From Malacoraja senta (Eukaryota), in NCBI GenBank assembly GCA_038087875.1, contig JAXLNO010000335.1, forward strand, positions 49,296 to 69,295: DNA of 20,000 bases, given 5' to 3'. The notes beneath the pieces are model-generated. The model worked only from the letters and a program-made list of their open reading frames with translations, was not told the DNA's origin and ran no database searches. Position numbers and translations under genes: made by a program. Shown here in pieces: positions 11,535 to 20,000 of the stretch (the stretch's first letter is position 1; every line of letters starts with the position of its first letter).

Positions 11535-11692
11535 TTTTTTTTTTTTTTTTATTTTTTTATTTTTTAGAAGTACGGTAGATTACAGTAATGTACAACACGT
11601 ATATATTAATACATTTTTTGTACCGCTTCACTTTTTTAAACTTTAAGAAAGAAAAAGAAAGAAGTAAGAAAAGTGAAGAAAGTGCGCAAAGG
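11535..11692 (-). mobile_element. Poly(A)-tailed retroposed fragment (L1/Tx1-type 3' end or retrocopy) with 17-bp TSD
   Basis: TACAAAGTCCCTTTCTT at 11518-11534 and 11693-11709; poly-T tract at the left end. Confidence 0.85.
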
Positions 11693-12353
11693 TACAAAGT
11701 CCCTTTCTTGGGGTCCAGTACCAACACGATTTTCCCAGTCTACCTGCATGTTGAAATCTCCCATAACAACCACAGCATTACATTTGCTACATACCAATTT
11801 TAACTCCTGATTCAACTTGCACCCTATGTCCAGGCTACTGTTTGGGGGCCTGTAGATAAGTCCCACTAGGGTCTTTTTATCCTTACAATTCCGTAAGGAT
11901 ATTCTATCCATACTGACTCCACATCTCCTATTTCAATTTCACCCCTTGCAAGGGACTGAATTTCATTTCTCACCAACAGAGCTACCCCACCCCCTCTGCC
12001 CACCTGTCTGTCTTTTCGATAAGAGGTATACCCTTGAATATTCAGTTCCCAGCCCTGGTCCTCTTGCAGCCATGTCTCTGTAATTCCCACAACATCATAC
12101 TTGCCAGTTTCTAACTGAGCCTCAAGCTCGTCCACTTTATTTCTTATACTTCGCGCATTCATATACAACATTTTGACCTCAGAACTCACTTCCCCCCTCG
12201 CACCGCTCGCAATTGGCCCTGACCTTACTCTCTTATTGCTTCTAGAACTTTCCCTCCCATTAATTCGAGAATCTTTTGTATTTTTTCCTGTACTCGCTTC
12301 CCCTTCAACTCCATCTTTATACTCCCAATTTGTCAACCACTCCCCCCCACTAT

Positions 12354-13268
12354 TTAGTTTAAACCCACACGTGTAGCCCTAGCAAACCTGCCTGCCAGAA
12401 CGTTGGTCCCCCTCCAGTTAAGGTGTAACCCGTCCCTTTTGTACAGGTCACCCCTACCCCAGAAGAGATCCCAGTGGTCTATAAATCTAAATCCTTGCTC
12501 CCTGCACCAGCCCCTCAGCCACACATTCAGATCCCCTATCTCCCTGTTCCTGTCCTCACTAGCACGTGGTACTGTAAGCAATCCAGAGATAACCATCCTA
12601 GAAGTCCGGACTTTCAGTCTTCTTCCCAACTCTCTGAACTCATGTTGGAGAACCTCCTTCCTCTTCTTCCCGATGTCGTTTGTGCCTACGTGCACAACTA
12701 CTGCCGGCTGTTCACCTTCTCTTTCTCTCTCGAGGATGTTCTGAATTCGGCTCGTGACATCCTGAACCCTGGCACCAGGGAGGCAACAGACCATCCTCGC
12801 ATCTCGTCTGCCGCCACAGAATCTCCTGTCTGTTCCTCAGACAATGGAGTCACCCACCACTAGGGCTCTGCACGATGTCGGTCGAGTCCCATCTCTAGGA
12901 TTGGAGCCACCGACGTGTCCGCCGCTCGGACTGGAAACATCGTCTCTCCCAAGAGTTCCCAAGAGGGCGTACCTGTTTTCATTAGGCACAGCCACCAGGG
13001 GCTTCTGCACTCCACGGTTACCACCCTTTCTCTGAGTCACACACCTTGGTTCTTTCCGTAACCTCGGCGTGACTACCTCACTGTCGGTCCTGTCCAGGAA
13101 ACTCTCGTTTTCCCAGATGGCCCTGAGGTCATCCAGCTGCTTCTCCGGTGCTCCAACGCGGTCCTTCAGGAGCTGAAGCTGGACGCACTTGCAGCAGCCA
13201 GAGGCTCCATCCGTGTCCCTGGGCTACCACATTCTGCAAGCCTCACACTGTCTCATCTGCCCCGACAT
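12354..13268 (-). pseudogene. CR1 ORF1: Cys zinc finger, coiled coil and SGNH/GDSL esterase; contains stops
   Basis: CEAC...CKC, QLQLLKDRV..EKQLDDL, LVVGDSIV*, CLPGA, HVGTNDI and DGLHLN. Confidence 0.88.
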
Positions 13269-13630
13269 GTGTTCACCGCATCCCATCCTCTCCAGCTTTA
13301 TGCGTAGCCTCCTCTCCTCAGCCTCCTCGCCAAAGACTCGCACTTTACTCACAAGGCCGCTCCCTCACTGCCGCTCCCTCGGAGCAGCCTTGCTTATATT
13401 GACTGATAAATTGCCTAATTTACCAATTTACAAACCAAATTCCTCAGTTTTAAACTGTTTTTCCCCTGTGACTTACTCGCCTTTCCCATGGGTTTCAGCC
13501 AATAAGCTCTTCTCCCTGCTTCTCTTTGATTGCTGCTTGCCCAAGATCCACGTCAGCACTGGGCTACGTTTCTGTCCACCTTCGATTTTTCCAGCATCTG
13601 CAGTACTGCCTTAAAGTAGAGAGTTTACTG

Positions 13631-13692
13631 ATTTTACTTTGGAGTCACGTGAGTGACTACGTGAAGAAACCCGCCAGAGTGCCTGCGCGTCA
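13631..13692 (+). repeat. DIRS left inverted terminal repeat
   Basis: 13641-13692 is the reverse complement of 18323-18373, with 5 mismatches and 1 indel. Confidence 0.92.
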
Positions 13693-13844
13693 TTACGTCA
13701 GACGCCTTGACGCAAACGAGACGCGCGGAGCAGAGCTCCTCTAGTGGAATTGTAGTTTTTCAACTACAAGGTAAGTAGAAACTTTTTTCAAGTATATCCA
13801 GGTCCGTTTACTGTGAGTCTGTGGGGATTTTTTCCACAGACGCC

Positions 13845-15008
13845 ATGGAAAAAACGGGCAAGGGGAAGAGGCGAGCGACTCAGCCGACAGAAAGTCGGGA
13901 GATTGCGGTTAGCGACCGACCGCCTCTAACCCCGGTACAGTCGCCAGCGGAGAGTGTAGCGACTGTGGACCTGGGGCTGGTGAGAACACAGTCAGCGCCT
14001 GTCGGGCGTAAGGCCAAGTTTAAATCCAGACGGCCCACGGACGAGGAGTCCCAGGCAATGGAAGTAGCTCCAGGGCTAGATACCGCTTTTGAGCGGATTG
14101 CCCAGATGGAAAGCCTTGTACATAGGCTGTTGGAGCGAAGCACACTCAGGGAGGAGTGTAGTGAAACCCAAGCTACTGAAAGCAGCTCAACAGCTCCTGG
14201 TACAGGGCTGATGGAATGCACCCTCGGGGATGAGGAGCGTGCCACGGGTCATGAGAGTTCAGACCCCGACTCTGACGGTGAGGCTGTACAAGGCGAAGAA
14301 CGGCAGCTGGCAGATGTTCCACCCCTGGCAGTACGATTCGCTGCCCCGTCAGGGTCAGGAGAGCCATTAGGAGAAGAATTGGCCTCCCTAATAAATTACT
14401 TGGTTTCCCATCAGCTGGAACAGCAGGAGATGGATGAGACTGCAAGAAAGCATGAGACCCCAAGTAACTGTGTGTTGCTGAAAGCACCAGCAGTGAATCA
14501 AATCATCTGGAATCAGTTGAGTATGACTATGAGAACTCAAGAAGTGAAATTGCAGAGAATATTAAAGCTGCTGGGTTCTGGAATAACTGCTATTGCCAGA
14601 ATAGCGGATAAAAGCCAAGAGATGACGGAGTTGCATCAGGAAGCACTGGGGTTGCTATGCAGCACACACTTCGAGATCAATTGTCTGAGGAAGAGTGCTA
14701 TACGGCCTACTATGAATCCAAGATTCGGAGCACTCTGCAAACCAAGTAATATACAATTACCCAACTTACTCTTTGGAGAGGATCTCGGGAGACGTATTAA
14801 AGAGTTGGAAGATGAAGCGAAAACAGGATTGATGAAAACATCGATGGTTGTAAAGTCTGTAAAGAGGAGGTATCCTTTCAGATGTCATACGGATCCTGGA
14901 CCAGGACCAAGTCGATCATCAACGCAGGGACGTAGCTGGCGGCCTGCAGCGGGAGCAAGAACCAGTGGGGGTGCTTCCGGGAGAACCCAGGGATCTCAGG
15001 GTACTCAA
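13845..15008 (+). CDS. DIRS ORF1 (Gag-like), running in frame into the pol N-terminus up to TAA at 15228-15230
   Basis: Kozak GCCATGG at 13845. PSNC..L.AP.VN..IW and LLFGEDL...IKE segments resemble DIRS ORF1. Basic low-complexity C-terminal part. Confidence 0.75.
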
Positions 15009-16946
15009 ATGACTCAAGAGGTAGGTGGACCTGGTTCTCATGGGAACATACTAACGGGATTAAGTCCAAAAGTTGGAGGCAGATTACGTCTCTTCTATAA
15101 CAATTGGAAGAAGATTACTTCAGATGTGGTAATTCTGAATATTATACAAGGATTTCGAATTGAATTCAATCCAAATTATGATTTGCCTGTCCAGCATGTT
15201 CCTAGCAGAACTCTCCACTTTGCACAATAAGAAGTGATGGAGGTTCATGCTGCACTTGAAACCCTATATATAAAACGTGTTATTGAAGAATCAGTCTACC
15301 AAATTCACCAATTTGTGTCAAATGTATTCCCTCGATCAAAAAAGGATGGAGGATGTAGGATTATTCTAGACTTGACAAGTCTGAATCCTTTTGTTCAATT
15401 TAGACATTTTAAAATGGAGACATTTGTGACTGCCAAACAACTTATTTCAGAAGCATGTTATATGGCAACTATAGATTTAAAAGATGCATATTATTCAGTG
15501 TCTGTTCACTCGGAAGATAGGAAGTATCTTAAATTTACATGGATGAACCAGTTATGGCAGTTCAAAGCCCTGCCTAATGGGTTAACGTCCGCTCCCAGAA
15601 TATTCACAAAATTGTTAAAACCAATTCTGGGGTTGCTGAGAAACCAGGGGCATGTACTAATGGCATACTTGGATGATGTCCTGATTATAGGAAGGACAAA
15701 AGAGTCAACAGAAGCATCTGTTGCAGTTGTGAAATCAACTTTTGAAAGGTTGGGGTTTCTAATTCATCCAAAGAAATCAAGGTTAATACCATGTACCTCG
15801 ATTGATTATTTGGGGTTCACAATTGATTCAGTTCAAATGAAAATTACTTTGCCCAGGGAAAAAAGGGCGGAGTTGATTAAAGATCGCAGTAATCTGTTAA
15901 ACGAGCAAAACCCCTCAATCAGACAGGTGGCTCGAGTACTGGGAAAATTAGTAGCAGCATTCCCAGCAGTCCAGTACGGACCATTACATTATCAACAGCT
16001 GCAGAGAGTTAAAGAACAGGCACTGAGAATGCATGTTGCTCATTTTGATAGAACCATGCAACTAACAACAAATGCGGTTTCTGATTTGCAGTGGTGGATT
16101 CTACATGTCTCAAGCAGTTCCAGCAAAGTATTGATGGAACAACCTTCCATGATATTACAAACTGATGCCAGTGCACTAGGATGGGTGCAACTGACTTAGC
16201 ATCTAACTGCGGAGGCAGATGGAATCAGGAAGAGTCATTGTTACTGCAGACACGGGGAATTAACTATTTGGAGCTTTTAGGATGTTTCTATGGACTCCAA
16301 GCTTATTGTTCTAACACAACTAATCTGCATGTTCAAGTTCAAATTGATAACAACAGCAGTTGCCTATATTAATGATATGGGTGGAATCAAGTCGGTGTCA
16401 TGTGACAAAATGGCTAATCAAATTTGGTCTTGGTGTATTGAAAAGAACATTTGGATTTCAGCTATCCATCTACCAGGTAGATTGAATACGATAGCAGACA
16501 CCAGGTCACGAAAGTTCCAGGATAATAAAGAATGGATGTTGAATCGAGAGGTATTCAATGACATAGTAATCAGATTTGGAATGACCGACATCGACTTGTT
16601 CGCATCTAGACTGAATCATCAATTATCGAGATATGTCTCACGGGAACCAGATCCAGGAGCAGTGGCGATTGATGCTTTCTCGCTACATTGGGGTGGTATG
16701 TTTTTATATATATTTCCACCTTTCTGCCTCATAAGCCGATGTTTGCTTAAAATCAGGCAAGATGCTGCTTCAGGGGTACTAGTGGTACCAGATTGGCCTA
16801 CACAGCCATGGTATCCGTTCATATTAGAATTAACGACACAACCGTTGATGAAAGTCCCAAAAAGAAGTAATCTATTGCTGCACCCTGTAACAGGGGAACA
16901 ACATCCATTATATGATCGTTTGGATTTGTTGATTTGCAGGTTTTAA
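15009..16946 (+). pseudogene. DIRS pol: RT, RNase H and Dam-like N6-adenine methyltransferase
   Basis: VGGRL...W..ITSD, DLKDAY, LPNGL, YLDD (15666-15677), TDAS, INYLEL, DN, DLFAS, FPPF. In-frame stop at 15228, frameshifts near 16185 and 16352. Confidence 0.93.
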
Positions 16947-17912
16947 GAAGGCCTTTTCTGGGGCGAGGACTGTCTGAGCGTACTGTGGACATGCTTACGG
17001 CAGCCTGGAGGAAGAGCACTCAAAAACAGTACCTTTCTTATATTAAGAAATGGGAAGAGTTCTGTGTACAAAAGAATGTGGAATATAGTACTGCAGATAT
17101 TTCAAATGTTTTAGAATTTCTGTCAAAACTTTATTATGATGAAGGTCTGAGTTGTAGTGCAATTAATTCAGCCAGAAGTGCATTGTCCTCGTATTTGGTT
17201 CTGGATTCAGAAAGAAATCCAATTGGGTCGCACCCACTTGTTTCCAGACTGATGAAAGGAATCTTTAATTCCAAACCTCCGAAACCTAGGTACATGACAA
17301 TCTGGGATGTAAGTGTGATGCTGAAGCTACTTCGTGAATGGTCACCAAGTATGTCTTTACCTTTGGCCAAGCTCAGTATGAAAGTAGTCATGCTTATGGC
17401 ATTAGTGACAGCACAACGAGTGCAAACACTTGGAAAATTACAAATAGACAGGATGGAAGTAAATGAAGACAAGGTTACATTTTATATCTATGACCTACTA
17501 AAGCAAAGTAGGCCAGGTGTGACAGGATTTAAAATTGTGCTAACAGCATATCCAAATGATCCTTGTCTCTGTATTAAGACATATTTGTTACAATACATTG
17601 AGGTCACAAAGGGCTTGAGAAATACGGAAACTAGGTTGTTGATCACACACAAGAAACCACACAAAAGAGTTTCAGTACAGACTATTTCCAGATGGTTAAA
17701 AGAAGTCTTAACAGCTGCTGGTATTAACACTGATGTTTTTACATCTCACTCGACTAGGGCAGCAGCAACATTGGCGGCCAGGGCGAAAGTCGTCCCCGTC
17801 GACCATATCCTCGCAGCCAAGTTGGTCCAATGAGTTGATGTTTCAACAATTTTACCATCGGCCTATTGTTAATGCGGGATTGTTTGCAGAAACTATTTTA
17901 AGTTCTGTGTAA
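16940..17912 (+). pseudogene. DIRS tyrosine recombinase
   Basis: WRKSTQKQY, ARSALS, TAQRV (catalytic R), HSTR. After a frameshift at about 17819 the frame reads SWSNELMFQQFYHRPI...SSV* (catalytic W and Y; stop 17910-17912). Confidence 0.93.
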
Positions 17913-17950
17913 ATTCCTCTGGTTTAAAGGGGATCTGATTAATTTTCATT

Positions 17951-17961
17951 ATTAAAATAAA
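17951..17961 (+). terminator. Candidate polyadenylation signals (ATTAAA/AATAAA) after YR
   Basis: About 40 bp after the YR stop, followed by T/GT-rich sequence. Confidence 0.35.
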
Positions 17962-18085
17962 TGAATTACTGCATTTGTGGTACAAATGTTATTATTAATG
18001 CATTATTGTTTATTCTCGTTCCGAGTCATTCAATGCAATGAGAAGCCGGGATTGATCTACGGCATGAAATCACAAAGCTTTAAAA

Positions 18086-18199
18086 TCTTCACGTAGTCAC
18101 TCACGTGACTCCGAAGTAAAATAGTAAGATTAAACGAGAACTTACCTAAGTTTGAAGTTTGATCTTTATTTTATGAGGAGTTACGTAGGTGATTACGTG
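18086..18199 (+). repeat. DIRS internal complementary region (ICR)
   Basis: 18086-18122 is the reverse complement of 13631-13667 (36/37). 18120-18199 is the reverse complement of 18351-18430 (78/80). The halves share AAT. Confidence 0.96.
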
Positions 18200-18322
18200 C
18201 CCACCACGACCCTACCCTCTATCATAAAGGTCAGATGGAAGTTCTTGTATTACTCGTTTTATTATGATACTATATTACTTTGCTTGTTGTTTTTTGTGAT
18301 TTCACACCGCTGCTTTGAAGAT

Positions 18323-18430
18323 TGACGCGCAGGCGCTCTGGCGGGTTCTTCACGTAATCACCAACGTAACTCCTCATAAGATAAAGATCAAACTTCAAAC
18401 TTAGGTAAGTTCTCGTTTAATCTTACTATT
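18323..18430 (+). repeat. DIRS right ITR plus right extension
   Basis: Complementary to the left ITR and to the ICR; ends in ATT. Confidence 0.93.
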
Positions 18431-19250
18431 AGTTGCCACATGACCTGGTTCGGTAACTCAAATGCCCAGAAGCGAAGGAGACTACAGAGAGTGGTGGACA
18501 CTGCCCGACAGGTACTGACCTCCCCACTATCGAAAGGATATGTCAGAGGCACTGCCTCAAAAAGGCAGTCTGTATCATGAAAGATCCATTCCACCCTGGC
18601 CACGCTCTCATTTCACTTCTACCATTGGGAAGAAGGTACAGGAACCTGAGAACCTGACCTCTAAGAACAGTTCCTTCTCAGCAACTATCTTTGGTTTAAT
18701 TTAGTTTATTGTCACGTGTACCGAGGTACAGTGAAAAGCTTTCTTGTTGCGTGCTATACATTCAGCAGAAAGACAATACATGATTACAATCGAGCCGTTT
18801 ACAGTGTATGATAAGGGAATAACTTTTAGTGCAAGGTAAAGCCAGCAAAGTCCGATCAAGGGTAGTCCGAGGGTCACTAAAGAGGTAGCTAGTAGTTCAG
18901 CACTGCTCTCTGGTTGTGGTGGGATGATTCAGTTGCCTGATAACAGCTGGGAAGAAACTGTCCCTGAATCCGGAGGTGTGCGTTTTCACACTTCTGTACC
19001 TTTTGCCCGAAGGGAGAGGGAGAAGAGGGAGTGACCGGGTTGCGACTCGTCCTTGATTATGCTGCTGGCCTTGTTGAGGCAGCGTGAGGTGTAGATGGAG
19101 ACTCTTGAATATTACCTATCACTGACACAGCAACTATGATCTTCTGTGGACTGTGCTTCTATGGACTTTGGGTTTTACACTATTATGGTTACCTAGTATC
19201 ACAGTTATTAATTTACTTTATTTTTGATTATCATATGTTTTGTCTTTACG
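18431..19250 (+). mobile_element. Rex1/Babar-like LINE 3' remnant that hosts the DIRS (also 13616-13633); contains an opposite-strand copy at about 18690-19098
   Basis: SCHMTWFGNSNAQKRRRLQRVVDTA, and KDPFHPGHALISLLPLGRRY. The host resumes at AGACTCTTGAA near 19099. Confidence 0.75.
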
Positions 19251-19264
19251 GGCCTTTTACGATT

Positions 19265-19600
19265 ATCAGACAGAGTAGCAGAATTAAGCCATTCGGCCCC
19301 TCGAGTCAGCACCACTATTCAATCATGGACGATTTATTTTTCCCTCTCAACTCCATTCTCCTGCCTTCTCCCCGTAACCTTTGACACCATTTCTAATCAA
19401 GAACCAGCTTTAAAAATACCCATTGACTTGGCCTCCACAGCCGTCTGTGGCAATGAATTCCACAGATTCGCCACCCTTTGGTTAAATAATTCCTCCTCGT
19501 CTCCATTCTAAAGGTACATCCTTTTATTCTGAGGCTATGCTCTCTGGTCCTCGACTCTCCCACTAGTGGAAACATCCTCTCCACATCCACTCCAGGCCGA
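19265..19600 (-). mobile_element. Degenerate CR1 3' fragment
   Basis: VDVERMFPLVGESRTREHSLRIKG peptide plus CR1 3' UTR. Confidence 0.8.
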
Positions 19601-19804
19601 AGCTGCAGCAAGTATGAATTTCATCGTTCCGTTGTTGGTACACAGGACAATTATACACTCCACCGTTATCCATGTTTGCAATGATACAAAGCTGGGTGGC
19701 AGCTTGGAACAGACCCTTCAGCCCATCTAGCACATGCCGACCAAGATGCCTCATCTAAACTAGTCCCTCGTGGCCCAGTGGCCAGGGAAACACAGCAACA
19801 CCTC

Positions 19805-20000
19805 TACTTAAGAAGTTCAGCATGCCCCCATTCAGATTCCCCGTAGAAAGCCTTTTACCAGGATGCATCACAGCACGGTTTGTGAACCGCTCCTATCATA
19901 GACTGCGAGAAATTGCCTAGAGTTGTGGACGCATCACACAAACCAACCTCCCAGCCATTGACTCCATCTACACTTCACGCTGCCTCGGCGAGGCCAGCAG
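19805..20000 (+). mobile_element. Degenerate Rex1/Babar-like fragment
   Basis: Reverse-complement similarity to 8320-8540. Confidence 0.6.

Larger units (their letters stand above)
9168..12336 (-). pseudogene. CR1 ORF2 (APE endonuclease plus reverse transcriptase), disrupted
   Basis: YMNARSIRNK, GITETWL, LIYRPP, MGDFN (APE). KSPGPDG, NYRPVSLTS, PQGSVLGP, FADD (RT). Broken by frameshifts and two insertions. Confidence 0.92.
9078..13572 (-). mobile_element. Full-length degenerate CR1 LINE (5' UTR, ORF1, ORF2, tandem tail)
   Basis: The host repeat is split exactly: ...CCAGCAATTTT (9077) and TGTCCACCTTCGATTTT (13573). Tail (ATAGACA)n at 9078-9095. Both ORFs are recognisable. Confidence 0.9.
13631..18430 (+). 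mobile_element. Complete DIRS1-type tyrosine-recombinase retrotransposon, inactivated by a few lesions
   Basis: Order Gag-like, RT, RNase H, MT, YR; imperfect ITRs; right extension; ICR; ATT at both ends. Confidence 0.96.

Noticed and set aside
12354..12794. Host GDSL lipase gene
   Set aside because: It lies immediately upstream of CR1 ORF2, has no introns and contains stops, so it is LINE ORF1.
15234..17833. RT plus methyltransferase plus integrase as a prokaryotic retron, DGR or phage system, or as contamination
   Set aside because: Domain order, ITR/ICR structure and in-frame insertion into a vertebrate LINE identify a DIRS1 retrotransposon.
18086..18430. CRISPR-like or miRNA hairpin
   Set aside because: The complementarity is explained by the DIRS ICR and right terminus; there is no repeat-spacer periodicity.

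Overview
Repeat-dense eukaryotic DNA, probably from a cartilaginous fish such as a skate or ray (inferred from HE1/V-SINE-like SINEs, CR1, Rex1/Babar-like and Penelope repeats). No host gene can be confidently called. The main feature is a complete 4.8-kb DIRS1-type tyrosine-recombinase retrotransposon (13631-18430, +) encoding Gag-like, RT, RNase H, Dam-like methyltransferase and YR domains, with inverted terminal repeats and an internal complementary region (ICR) that is an antisense copy of the circle junction. It inserted at an ATT inside a Rex1/Babar-like LINE remnant, and removing it restores that remnant's reading frame. It also has consensus splice sites (15021 GT, 16939 AG) that would remove RT-RH-MT and join the upstream frame to the recombinase in frame; this is the most novel-looking signal but is inferred, not shown. 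The window also holds a full-length CR1 LINE with an SGNH-esterase ORF1 (9078-13572, -) and two nested inserts, truncated CR1s, a Penelope GIY-YIG fragment with a 14-bp TSD and a hammerhead-like motif, SINEs and microsatellites.
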